A stretch of DNA of 64,000 bases from Octopus sinensis (GCF_006345805.1 NC_043007.1:14012001-14076000); one strand, 5' to 3'. Counted from the first letter of the stretch, positions 23,200 to 35,159 are shown. The notes: a model not told the origin generated them from the letters alone. Numbers and translations: made by a program.

Positions 23200-23585
23200 T
23201 CTACTCAAGGCACAAGGCCCGAAATTTTGGGGGAGGGGGCAGTCGATTAGATCGACCCCAGTGCGTAACTGGTACTTATTTAATCGACCCCGAAAGTATG
23301 AAAGGCAAAGTCGACCTCGGCGGAATTTGAACTCAGAGCGTAAAGACAGCCGAAATACCTATTCTTTGCTACCCACAAGGGGCTAAACATAGAGTGGACA
23401 AACAAGGACAGACAAACGGATTAAGTCGATTATATTGACCCCAGTGCGTAACTGGTACTTAATTAATCGACCCCGAAAGGATGAAAGGCAAAGTCGAGGT
23501 CGCGGAATTTGAACTCAGAACGTAGCGGCAGGCGAAACACCGCTAAGCATTTCGCCCAGCGTGCTAACGTTTCTGCCAGCTCGCC
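23200..23585 (-). mobile_element. SINE family A dimer
   Basis: Head at about 23540-23585, junction at 23351, alternative tail at about 23200. Confidence 0.88.
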
Positions 23586-23629
23586 AGGCCTGAAAGAAAC
23601 TAACATAAATCACGTTTTTATAAATCTAC

Positions 23630-23910
23630 AGTGTGTTTTGTGTGTTGTGTCTTGAGCAAGGCACTTTATTTCACGTTGTTCCTGTTCACTCAGCTGTAGA
23701 AATGAGTTGCGAGGTCACAGGTGCCAAACTCTATCAGCCTTTGCCTTTTCGCTCGGATAACATCAGTGGCGTAGAGAGTGGAGGTTGTTATGCATGGACG
23801 ACAGCTGGACGTCCTTAAACAACCTTGCCCGGCCTTGAAGCTTCGAAGGGGAACTTTCTAAGTGCAATCCTATGGTCATTTATGACTGAAGGGGGTCTTT
23901 ACCCACCACC
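23630..23910 (+). mobile_element. 5'-truncated SINE with family C central domain and a distinct tail
   Basis: TTGAGCAAGGCACTTTATTTCACGTTG central motif; tail ends GACTGAAGGGGGTCTTTACCC. Confidence 0.65.
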
Positions 23911-24052
23911 CTTTATAGTCATTATAAAGACAGCATATTTCTTACTCCGTCCGGGTGTATAACACAAACGGTCAATTATTCAAGTTTTCACCACCAGAAG
24001 TAACCATACATACACACATATACACACACATACACACCACACTTGTACTCAT

Positions 24053-24152
24053 NNNNNNNNNNNNNNNNNNNNNNNNNNNNNNNNNNNNNNNNNNNNNNNN
24101 NNNNNNNNNNNNNNNNNNNNNNNNNNNNNNNNNNNNNNNNNNNNNNNNNNNN
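24053..24152. other. Assembly gap (100 N)
   Basis: Run of N followed by a (TA)n tract. Confidence 1.
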
Positions 24153-24197
24153 TCATCCACACATATATTTATGAATAAATATATAATATAATAATAT

Positions 24198-24282
<85 letters not shown>

Positions 24283-24592
24283 TATATATATAATATATCT
24301 ATATATATATATAAAATAATATATCCGCACGCATTACCTATATATTTACATATACCAAAGCGACGCCTGGCTCTTAAATTTGAGCTTCTAAGTAGGTAAG
24401 GTACATATAATATATTATGTACGTAACCAGCTGTCTCATAAAAATGAAAGATTCATATTAAAATCAGATTTGTTATTTGCATTTATTTCTTAATATGGTC
24501 TTGCATTACATTCCTTGTAGTTATGCAAGAATATGTATATACATATCTATCTATATCTATATCTATATATATCTATATCTATATCATATCTA

Positions 24593-24639
<47 letters not shown>

Positions 24640-25104
24640 ATATATATATATATGTCATATATGTCATATATGTAAGTGTGTGTGTGTGAAAGCATCAGGT
24701 ATGCTGCATGCTTACTCACCGGGATGCTACCCTTTAGAGTATTGGATTGTTATGAACCGATTTTTGCATATGTAGCATGTATCAGAATCACAGGTATTCC
24801 ACCACTTAGCCGTTAAGTTTCGCCTGAGTCGAGTAGGGAAGCCGAAATTAGAATTTGCCTGCGCAGAAAGGTTCCTACTTGAGGTGTCTCGTCAACCCAA
24901 ACTTTTTAAGTAGTTCAAACTATAGTAATAGCTATCTCTCCAATGGCTTTCTTCAGTTTTTTGATTTCCAAACCAATGTTTTGCAAGAAAGAGTTCTCTG
25001 GTCTTGAAAAAAGATCAGTTTGGAAGACCAACAACTGATAAAAAGCCACTTGAGAGATAGTCACGCATATGCATGCATACATACATACATACATACATAC
25101 ATTC

Positions 25105-25500
25105 TTTTCTACTCTAGGCACAAGGGCTGAAATTTTGGGGAAAGGGGTACAGTCGATTGGATCGACTCCAGTACGCAACTGGTACTTATTTATCGACCCC
25201 GAAAGGATGAAAGGCAAAGTCGACCTCGGCGGAATTTGAATTCAGAGCGTACAGACAGACGAAATACCTATTTCTTTACTGCCCACAAGGGGCTAAACAC
25301 AGAGGGGACAAACAAGGACAGACAAACGGATTAAGTCGATTATATCGACCCCAGTGCATAACTGGTACTTGTTTAATCGACCCCGAAAGGATGAAAGGCA
25401 AAGTCGACCTCGGCGGAATTTGAACTCAGAACGTAAAGACAGACGAAATACGGCTTCGCATTTCGCCCGGCGTGCTAACGTTTCAGCCAGCTCGCCGCCT
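25105..25500 (-). mobile_element. SINE family A dimer
   Basis: Head at 25455-25500, junction at 25261, alternative tail at 25105. Confidence 0.88.
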
Positions 25501-25876
25501 TCACATACATACAGACAGCCAGACAGTGAGACTGACAGACAGACAGACAGACAGATATATACATGTATGTATATGTTTCGTCATCAGAGTTTTCGTCGTT
25601 TACCATATTCACTCACAAGGTATAGGTGATACCGGGGTATAGTAGAAAGCACCTGCGCAAGGAGGTGCTGTGCAGTGAAACTGAACCTGAAACTGCGTGG
25701 TTGAAAACCGATATTCTCAACTACGCAGCCATGCTTGCGTTAACTTTCCTTTCAAGGTACTCAGACTCCTGGAAATGCGTGGGTTAAATTTCATCTATAA
25801 CCATGTAGGCAATGGGTCTATCGCCAGTAGAAGTAATATATATGTATATATGTATATATATATATATATATATTAT

Positions 25877-25942
<66 letters not shown>

Positions 25943-25973
25943 AGGAGATGTGGAACACGAGTTGTGATATACA

Positions 25974-26255
25974 AAAAGGAAATGAAGAAAATGCTGACAA
26001 AATAATTTAAGTAATTTAAGTAATTTAATTAGGTGAAAGTTCTTTTTACCGGTTGCGCATTTGTTATGCTTATCAAAAGATAGAGTTCCTTTTTGATAGA
26101 TTTTTTCCTCTTATCTGATAAGAGGAAAAATCTATCAGAAAGGAACTCTAATCTTTTGATAAGCATAACAAATGCGCAACCGGTAAAAAGAACTTTCACC
26201 TAATTAAATTACTTATTACTTAAATTATTTTGTCAGCATTTCTTCATTTCCTTTT
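25974..26255. repeat. Near-perfect palindrome, about 140-bp arms, 1-nt spacer
   Basis: Centre CTCTTATC-T-GATAAGAG at 26116; ends AAAAGGAAATGAAGAAAATGCTGAC / GTCAGCATTTCTTCATTTCCTTTT. Confidence 0.93.
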
Positions 26256-26349
26256 ATATATATATATATATACAAACATACATACACCACACACACACAC
26301 ACACACACCACACACATATATATATATATATAGATAGATAGATAGATAG

Positions 26350-26396
<47 letters not shown>

Positions 26397-26475
26397 TAGA
26401 TGTGTAGATATGTATTTATTATATATATTAATATTTATAAATATATATTTATATTATGATTATATATATATTATA

Positions 26476-26509
<34 letters not shown>

Positions 26510-26760
26510 GCGTGTGTGTGTGTATGTATGTGTATGTATGTATGTATATGTATATATAATTCAAATAGCGACTCCAATCTCTTGTCAATATGAATTTATG
26601 ACCTTTTGCCAGATGTAAAAATTTTTGTGCATCTGTGCCGATGGTAAACGGCGCGTAAAGCAATATGTAAGTTCGACAATTCCAAAACCGCAATATTTGA
26701 ATAAGATGTGAACCTCGAACCTAAACAAAGCTAACATGAAGCATGACGATAAATAAACAT

Positions 26761-26800
26761 TTTTACGATTCACGTGTCAAATTATATATATATATATTAT

Positions 26801-26831
<31 letters not shown>

Positions 26832-26861
26832 GCAATATAACTTGACACGTGAATCGTAAAA
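26761..26861. repeat. Short inverted repeat around (TA)n
   Basis: TTTTACGATTCACGTGTCAA / TTGACACGTGAATCGTAAAA. Confidence 0.8.
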
Positions 26862-27131
26862 GATCCTATCACAACTTATAGCTCAGCAGAAAAAAGAGAT
26901 GTGTTTACGGTACGCAAGCGTCAATATCCCGCTTCCCTTTTAAATTCCTTTGAGATGATAAAAGCAGCCAGACAGGTGGATTCATTAAAAAAACCATTTT
27001 TGGCATCTGTTGTAGAATATTTCTTTCCCCCCCCCCCCCCCATGTTTCATGTATTGTTTTAATGGGATCTACTGCATTGAAATCTAGCTGAATAAAAGAA
27101 AAAGAAAAATAACAAAAATAGTAAGTTGTTG

Positions 27132-27528
27132 CTCTTTTACTCTTTTACTTGTTTCAGTCATTTGACTGCGGCCATGCTGGAGCACCGCCTTTAGTCGATC
27201 GAGCAAATCGACCCCAGGACTTATTCTTTGTAAGCCTAGTACTTATTCTATCGGTCCCTTTTGCCGAACCGCTAAGCTACAGGGACGTAAACACACCGGT
27301 TGTCAAACGATGTTGGGGGGGACAAACAGACACATAAACATATACACACACACATACATATATACGACGGGCTTCTTTCAGTTTCCGTCTATCAAATCCA
27401 CTCACAATGTTTTGGTCGGTCCGAGGCTATAGTAGAAGGCACTTGCTCAAGGTACCACGCAGTGGGACTGAAACCGGAACCATGTGGTTGGTAAGCAAGC
27501 TACTTACCATACAGCCATTCCTGCGCCT
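27132..27528 (-). mobile_element. SINE family B
   Basis: Full-length reverse-complement copy. Confidence 0.9.
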
Positions 27529-28150
27529 ATTAAAATCATATTTTTAAGCTTTGAAATTTCTGTATTTTTTATATATGTTATATGAAAAATATGCCTTAAA
27601 AACACCTTTGAAACTATATTTATATAAGTAACTGCGACAGTAATGGCAAGGAATTGACACTGAGATGAACTAGTGCCCCGTTCAGGACGGAGGGCGGGGT
27701 TAGATAATCCCTATCACTTAAACTACATGGAAACCGAGATCAACATCGGACTAAGGTGTTTGTAAGCTGGAGACAGATTTGAACTTCTAACTTAGTGTTT
27801 GTGCCAGACAGACAGGCAGAAAGGCAGCAGACAGAAACATAGGCAAAGAGAGAGAGAATGGGGAGAGATAGGAAGGAGAAACTCCAGGTAGTGTATTCGA
27901 AGACTCGGTTTCGAATAAAGGCTATTCCACTCTACGTAATATCGAGTAGCATTTTTCTCTTCATTGTAAATTCTCGCTAGTGTAAAACTATAAACCATCA
28001 TCATCATCATCATCATCACCCTGATATATATACATATATATATATACATATATATATATATAGGGAGAGTTTACGAAAAAAACAAAAGACGAAGACAGGT
28101 GGTGTACAAAACAAACAGATGTATTAGTATAACGCTCAGGAATAGTAAGT

Positions 28151-28186
28151 CTTTTACGTTTCGAGCCTACGCTCTTCTCCAGAAAG
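28151..28186 (-). ncRNA. Hammerhead-like motif in solo pLTR-like fragment (about 28065-28215)
   Basis: Minus strand CUUU-CUGGAGA-A-GAGC GUAG GCUC-GAAACGUA-AAAG; perfect stems I and II, GUA cleavage triplet. Confidence 0.62.
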
Positions 28187-28212
28187 GGACACAGAAGAAA
28201 AAAACAAGGAAA

Positions 28213-28252
<40 letters not shown>

Positions 28253-28256
<4 letters not shown>

Positions 28257-28651
28257 TCAAACTCAACTGGACGTCCTGTTCGATCTTCATCTTCAAGGCT
28301 GAAATCTCCACTTCTGAATTTTGCAAACCATCTTCTACAAGTTCTTTCAGTCAAGCATTTTTTCCCATAAACTGAGTGTATGTTTCGAGTCGTTTCGGCT
28401 GCAGAGTTTCCTTTTTTGTACTCATAAAGTATTATGTGCCTCAAATACTCTTTGGATACTTCCATGTTAGATAGGGTTTTAATCAAAGAAATTTTAATTC
28501 TATTATTCTGTAAAATAATATCTAATTAGTTTAAATGTACACAAATGCATAAAAATAATTTTTAATTCCGTTAGACATTCTAAAATACTATTAAATTTCA
28601 TTCAATTTTAAAAAAGGTAAAACCGGACAGAACTCATGGGATGACCTGATA
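28253..28651 (-). mobile_element. Mariner transposon 5' fragment (TIR + HTH DNA-binding domain)
   Basis: MEVSKEYLRHIILYEYKKGNSAAETTRNIHSVYG..TERTCRRWFAKFRSGDFSLEDEDRTGRPVEFDD (ATG 28465), the mariner N-terminal signature; TIR TA-TCAGGTCATCCCATGAGTTCTGTCCGG at about 28620-28651; truncated at (TA)n. Confidence 0.92.
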
Positions 28652-29026
28652 CTTTCGTAGCAATTATTGATATTTTATAGCATAAGAACCATTAATGCCA
28701 TCTAAACAATTACAGATACTTTCAAAGCCATCAGTGATATTTTCATGACAATCGATATCTTTCCCTTGAGACTTAATATATGTGTGGCAGTTATCAACGT
28801 TTCCTGAGCAATCGTGGACACTTTGATAGCAATTAAGTGATTAGATTTATTTGCTGGCGATCGCATACACTTTGATACAACAATCATTAGTATTTAGATA
28901 GAAATTATATACGTTTTCATAGAAATCATTGATGTTTATATAGAAAATATATACACGCTTTCATAGTAATCATTGATGTTTATATAGAAACTATATACAT
29001 GCTATATACTATATACTATATACATA

Positions 29027-29395
29027 GGCGCAGGAGTGGCTGTGTGGTAAGTAGCTTGCTTACCAAGCACATGGTTCTGGGTTCAGTCCCACTGCGTGGC
29101 ACCTTGGGCAAGTGTCTTCTACTATAGCCTAGGGCCGACCAAAGTCTTGTGAGTTGATTTGGTAGACGGAAACTGAAAGAAGCCCGTCGTATATATGTAT
29201 ATATATATACGTATGTGTGTGTGTATATGTTTGTGTGTTTGTCGATGCTGGTGTGTTTACGGTTCGGCAAAAGAGACAAATAGTATAAGTACTAGGCTTA
29301 CAAAGAATAAGCCCTGGGGTCGGTTTGCTCGACTAAAGGCGGTGCTCCAGCATGGCCGCAGTCAAATGACTGAAACAAGCAAAAGAGTAAGAGAG
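29027..29395 (+). mobile_element. SINE family B (short internal deletion)
   Basis: Head GGCGCAGGAGTGGCTGTGTGG, CORE-like region, tail AAACAAGCAAAAGAGTAAGAG. Confidence 0.9.
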
Positions 29396-29399
29396 AGAG

Positions 29400-31000
29400 A
29401 GTATGCTTTCATAGCAATCATTGATCTCTATATGGAAATTACATCCACATTTTCATTGTAACCATTGAAGTTTATATAGAAATTATATACTCTTTCATAA
29501 CCACCATTAATATTTGCATAGAAATTATATACTCTTTACATAATAATCATATACTCTTTCTGGGCAACCATTGATATTTACATAGCAACCATTAGTATTT
29601 ACATAGAAATTATATACATTTTCACACCTAACCATTGATATTTACATAGCAACCATAAATGTTTACATAGCAACCATTATCATTTACATAGTAACCATTG
29701 ATATTTACATAGCAACCAGTGATGTAACATACCGTTGATAATTATATAACAGCCAGTGATATTTGCATAGCAACCATTGATAATTACTTGGCAATCAATG
29801 ATAATTGCATAGCAACCATTGATAATTACTTGGCAATCAATGATAATTGCATAGCAACCATTGATATTTAGATTGCAACCATTAATATTGACATAGCCAC
29901 CGTTAACATTAACATAGGAAGCTTTAATGTTAACATTTTCATAACAACCATTGTTATTTAAATAGCAATTTCATACAGTTTCATAGCAACCATTGATATT
30001 TACATAGCAACCAGTGATGTAACATACCGTTGATAATTATATAACAGCCAGTGATATTTGCATAGCAACCATTGATATTTACATAGCAACCATTAGTATT
30101 TACATAGAAATTATATACATTTTCACACCTAACCATTGATATTTACATAGCAACCATTAATATTAGCATAGAAAAGATATACATTTTCATAACCATCATT
30201 GATATTTACATAGCAACCATTAGTATTTACATAGAAATTATATACATTTTCACACCTAACCATTGATATTTAGATTGCAACCATTAATATTGACATAGCC
30301 ACCGTTAACATTAACATAGGAAGCTTTAATGTTAACATTTTCATAACAACCATTGTTATTTAAATAGCAATTTCATACAGTTTCATAGCAACCATTGATA
30401 ATTACTTGGCAATCAATGATAATTGCATAGCAACCATCGATATTTACATAGCAACCAGTGATGTAACATACCGTTGATAATTATATAACAGCCAGTGATA
30501 TTTGCATAGCAACCATTGATATTTACATAGCAACCATAAATGTTTACATAGCAACCATAAATGTTTACATAGCAACCATTAACTCTTACATATCAACCAT
30601 TCATTAACATTTACAACCAATGATATTTAAATAGCAACAATTAATATCTATGCAACAATCTGATAATTGACATAACATTAACACATTAGAAACCATTAAC
30701 ACATTAGCAACCATTAACATTTACACCAAGCCTTTGATATTTACATAGCAACCATTATCATTTACATAGTAACCATTGATATTTACATAGGAACCATTAC
30801 CATTTTCATAGCAACCACTGATATTTTCATAGCAACTATCCATTAATATTTACCCACCAAAACATCATAATTTACATAGCAACCGTTGATATTCTACATA
30901 GCGACAATCTATTATTACTTACATAGCAACAATTGATGTTTACCTAGCAACCATTATCATTTACATAGCAACCATTGATCTTTAGATAGCAACCATTAAT
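29400..31000. repeat. About 21-bp minisatellite (ATTGATATTTACATAGCAACC) with higher-order duplications
   Basis: Dozens of CATAGCAACCATT words; related degenerate blocks at 28650-29010 and 33130-33960. Confidence 0.9.
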
Positions 31001-31002
31001 AT

Positions 31003-31390
31003 TCTTTTCTACTATAGGCATAAGGGCCGAAATTTGGGGAGAGGGGGCACAGTAGATTTGATCGACCTCAACACATAACTGGTACTTAATTTATCGACCC
31101 CGAAAGGATGAAAGGCAAAGTCGACCTCGGCAGAATTTGAACTCAGAACGTAAAGACAGACGAAATACCTATTTCTTTATTACCCACAAGGGGCTAAACA
31201 CAGAGTGGACAAACAAGGACAGACATAGGTATTAAGTCGATTACATCGACTCCAGTCTGTAACTGGTACTTAATTTATCGACCCCGAAAGTATGAAAGGC
31301 AAAGTCGACCTCGGCGGAATTTGAACTCAGAACGTAGCGGCAGACGAAATACGGCTACGCATTTCGCCCGGCGTGCTAACGTTTCTGCCT
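31003..31390 (-). mobile_element. SINE family A dimer
   Basis: Junction at 31161, alternative tail at 31003, head to about 31390. Confidence 0.88.
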
Positions 31391-31429
31391 GCTATTAACA
31401 TAGTAACCATTGATAATTTACATAGGAAC

Positions 31430-32150
31430 TAAGAAGCTCGTTTTGTAACCATGTGGTTTCGGGTTCGATCCCGATGCGTAGCAACTTGACCAAGTGCCTT
31501 CTACTATAGCTGAGGCTGACCAATGCCCTTGTGAGTGGATTTGGTAGCCGGTCACTGTGAAAGCACATCATATGTGTGTGTGTATGCACGCGAGCGTGTG
31601 TGTGTATGCATGTATATGTGTATCTGAGTGTGTTTGTATTTGTCTGCACCACCATCGCTGGACAACCGGTGTTGGTTTGCTTACGTCCTTGAAGATGCGT
31701 GGGTTAGTGGTCAGGGTATTCCGCTCACGATGGTAAGGACGTGAGTTCGATTCCGGGCGGCGTGTTGCGTCCTTGAGCAAGACACTTTATTTCACGTTGC
31801 TCCAGTCCACTCAGCTGGCAAAAATGAATTGTACATGTAGTTCAAAGGAACAGCCTTGTTACATTCTCTGTCACGCTGAATCTCTCTGAGAACTATGTAC
31901 GCGTGTCTGTGGGGTGCTCAGCCACTTGCACAATCATTTCACGAACAGGCTGGCACCCTCGTCACGTAACCGACGGAGAACCAGTTCTATGTCCTCGTGG
32001 CTGAGCGGTTTCACATATGAGGCTGATAGAACAAGTACCGAACTTTTAAATAAGTAAGTACTCGAGGCAATTTGTTCAAATTAACCCTTCAAAACGGTGC
32101 CCCAACATGGCCACAGTCCAATGACTGAGGCAAGTGAAAATAAAAAGTTA
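31430..32150 (+). mobile_element. Old SINE family B interrupted by a family C SINE (31690-31985)
   Basis: B 5' half ends GGTTTGCTTACGTCC; C copy GAAGATGCGTGGGTTAGTGG..CGTAACCGACGGAG; B 3' half resumes CTCGTGGCTGAGCGGTTT..CAATGACTGAGGCAAG. Confidence 0.75.
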
Positions 32151-32257
32151 AATGAAATAAGATTAAAAAAATAATTTTAACAAATTTTGATATTTAAGTA
32201 ATAATCACTGATGTTTTCAGAGCGAATCATTTATATCTCTTTAGCAATTCATACTTT

Positions 32258-32517
32258 GTGGAGGTGCGTGGCTTAGTGGTTAGGGTGTCAGCATCATGCT
32301 CGTAAGATTGTGGTTTCGATTCCTAGACCGGGCGACGCGTTGTGTTCTTGAGCAAAACACTTCATTTCACGTTGCTCCAGTCCACTCAGCTGGCAAAAAT
32401 GAGTAACGCTGCGATGGACTGGCGTCCCGTCCAGCTGGGGAACACATACACCACAGAAACCGGGAAACCGGGCCCATGAGCCTGGCTAGGCTTTAAAAGG
32501 GCGCATTTATTTATTTA
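32258..32517 (+). mobile_element. SINE, family C head with GAGTAACGCTGCGATGGACTGG tail
   Basis: A/B boxes GTGGCTTAGTGG / GGTTTCGATTCC, central TTCACGTTGCTCCAGTCCACTCAGCTGG, (TTTA)n end. Confidence 0.85.
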
Positions 32518-32802
32518 GTGGAGGCGCAATGGCCCTGTGATTAGAGCAGCGGACTCGCGGTCGGAGAATCACGATTTCGATTCCCAGCGAAAACACCTAA
32601 AGCTCCACGAGGCTCCGGCAGGGGGTTGTAACGACCCCTGTTGTACTCTTTCACCCCAACTTTCTCTCACTCTTTCTTCCTGTTTCTTGAGTAACGCTGC
32701 GATGGACTAGCGTACTGTCCAGCTGGGAGGGAACACATACGCCATAGAAATCAGGAAACCGGGCCCATGAACCTGGCTAGGCTTGAAAAGGGCGCATAAA
32801 TA
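32518..32802 (+). mobile_element. SINE, family D head with the same tail as 32258-32517
   Basis: GTGGAGGCGCAATGGCCC head; tail GAGTAACGCTGCGATGGACT..GAAAAGGGCGCATAAATAAA. Confidence 0.85.
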
Positions 32803-32804
32803 AA

Positions 32805-33135
32805 ATTCATACTATTCTGTTGTGTCTGAGGAGGGTCATTCTCTTTTAGTGCGTTATAATTTAACACACTCCCCGGTAAAATTTCCACTCATTTACTTAT
32901 TTATTTTTCTAAAATTTTCGTTGCATCTTGCAACCTTTTCAATAATTGTTGACTCTGTCCCTTATTCAAGCTGCGTTCTTTTTGTTTGTTTGTCGCTGTT
33001 TTTGGCGGTGAGTGTGTTAAATTATAAGGCACTTAAAGAGAATGACCCTCCCCAGACACAACAAAATATGCTTCAACACACGAACTCCCATAAAGAATCT
33101 TGCAAACCAAATCCAAAAACGAAATAAAATCCATA
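32805..33135. mobile_element. Fold-back element (22700 family)
   Basis: TATTCTGTTGTGTCTGAGGAGGGTCATT..ACACACTC / GAGTGTGTT..AATGACCCTCCCCAGACACAACA. Confidence 0.8.
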
Positions 33136-33427
33136 CTATTTCAATAGAAATCACATACACTTTAACAGCAATCACCAATATTAATATATCAATCATTTGA
33201 CATTTTCATGGCTCCCGTTAATATTTCCATATCAATCACTGGAATTTACAAAACAGTCATTCATAGCTTCCTAGAAGCGATTGATATATCGATAGCAACC
33301 AATAATCATTTTATAGCAATTACTGATATTTTCATTAACATAACAACCATTGATATTTCCACAGAAATGAAGGACGAGTCAAAAACTTACAATACTAATT
33401 TAACGTCAATTATTCATATTTCCTTAA

Positions 33428-33818
33428 TCTCTCTATATATAAAGCTGAAGTTGTCTGTGTATGGCAGGTTTGGTAGCCTTCAACTAACATTATCTCCTCC
33501 GAGACCCTGCGGCGCAAGTTGACCAAAATTAAGAGTATGATAGAAGACGGCTTGCTCTTCCTTCCGTATAAGAAAAAATTCAAATCGGACCATGTTAATA
33601 CCAAAACTTATTTACATCAAAAAGATGCTTTTTTCTATGAAAAGCCCTATTTTTTACGATTTTTTGACTGCTGTGTCGCCATTTTTCAGTGTATTTCAAC
33701 CAGAAAAATATTCACTTAAAGAGAATAACAAGCTACATAACGCAAAATTTTTACTTTTCAAAAATTTCAATTCTAAAGGGTCGAAACAAACCCGAGCAAC
33801 GCCGAGCGATACTACTAG
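33428..33818 (+). mobile_element. Non-autonomous Helitron
   Basis: 5' TC(TCTCTATATATAAAG), 3' AAACCCGAGCAACGCCGAGCGATACTA-CTAG; A/T target dinucleotide; termini match 12151-12543. Confidence 0.85.
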
Positions 33819-34178
33819 TCAGTGATATTAACATAACAATCAATAATATTTCCACAGAAGTGAAGGATGTCTCAAACACTAGCAATGCTAATTTAACCGT
33901 CAATTATTCATATTTAATCAGTGATATTTCCATAATAATCAGTGGTATTTCACTATAATAATGCCTTTGTACAGAATTGTCTTTACACCTTTTCATTTCT
34001 TAACTTAGGTAAAAGGTTAACTGTTTTGAGGAGTGGTGAGCAGTCAATAGCATCGGCACAAGTACTTAACTCGTACTTTATGTTAACGGACTCGAAAGAA
34101 TGAAAGGCAAATTTAAACTCAGGACGTAAAGTCTGAAGAAACACTGCAAAGCAATATGTACGACATTCTAACGTTTCT

Positions 34179-34600
34179 TATTTCTTATTTCTTTATTGCC
34201 CACAAGGGGCTAGACATAAAAGGGACAAACAAGGACAGACAAACGGATTAGGTCGATTACATCGACCCCAGTGCGTAACTGGTACTTAATTTATCGACCT
34301 CGAAAGGATGAAAGGCAAAGACGACCTCGGTGGAATTTGAACTCAGAACATAAAGACAGACGAAATACCTATTTCTTTACTACCCACAAGGGGGTAAACA
34401 CAGAGGGGACAAACAAGGACAGACAAACGGATTAAGTCGATTACATCGACCCCAGTGCGTAACTGGTACTTAATTTATCAACCCCGAAAGGATGAAAGGC
34501 AAAGTCGACCTCGGCGGAATTTGAACTCAGAACGTAAAGACAGACGAAATACTGCTACGCATTTCGCCCGGCGTGCTAACGTTTCTGCCAGCTCGCCACC
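34179..34600 (-). mobile_element. SINE family A dimer, part of a chimeric insertion
   Basis: Head at 34555-34600, junction at 34361, (ATTTCTT)n tail at 34179-34195. Confidence 0.9.
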
Positions 34601-34603
34601 TTT

Positions 34604-34669
34604 TGGGTCCCCGGCAGGGAATCGAATCCCGGTCTCCCGCGTAACAGGCAGGGATACTTACCACTATAC
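34604..34669 (-). pseudogene. Retroposed tRNA-Asp fragment (5'-truncated, CCA-ended; anticodon GTC changed to GTT)
   Basis: Minus strand GTATAGTGGTAAGTATCCCTGCCTGTTACGCGGGAGACCGGGATTCGATTCCCTGCCGGGGAC-CCA closely matches metazoan tRNA-Asp(GTC) from about position 10 onward. Confidence 0.85.
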
Positions 34670-34759
34670 ATTCTAACGTTTCTGCCAGTTCATCGCCTTC
34701 GAAGCACCCCGAGGGGATAAATCTTTCACCTTTTACAACCATTACATGATATTCGTTTC

Positions 34760-34960
34760 GAATTTTTGCACAAAGCCAGCAATTTTGTGGGAGGGCGTAA
34801 CTCGAATACGTCTATCTCTGTGCTCAACTTGTACTTATTTTATCAACACAGAAACGATGAAAGGCAAAATCGACCTCAGCAGAATTAGAACTCGGAACGT
34901 AAAAGCAAACGAAGTGCAGCGAAGACCTACATGCTAACGACTTTGCCACCTCGCCACTTT
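34760..34960 (-). mobile_element. Old SINE family A
   Basis: Degenerate GATGAAAGGCAAAATCGACCTC..GCTAACGACTTTGCCACCTCGCCA. Confidence 0.7.
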
Positions 34961-35159
34961 AGAACCATTACATATTATTATCTGCACAATCGTTTATCTT
35001 TTACTTGTTTCAGTCATTGGACAACGACCTTACCGAGATGCGACCCGGAAGGGTTGGAGTGGAAAGGATCGACCGCTTTGCTTATTTTTAAAGTCTAGTA
35101 CTAATTCTAGCGATCTCCTTTGCTGAAGCGCAAACAAACTGTGCGAGGAATGGGGCGAC

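Noticed and set aside
34604-34669. Functional tRNA gene (anticodon GTT, Asn)
   Set aside because: The 5' acceptor strand is missing, the body is Asp-type, CCA is encoded and it lies inside a TSD-bounded insertion, so it is a retro-pseudogene
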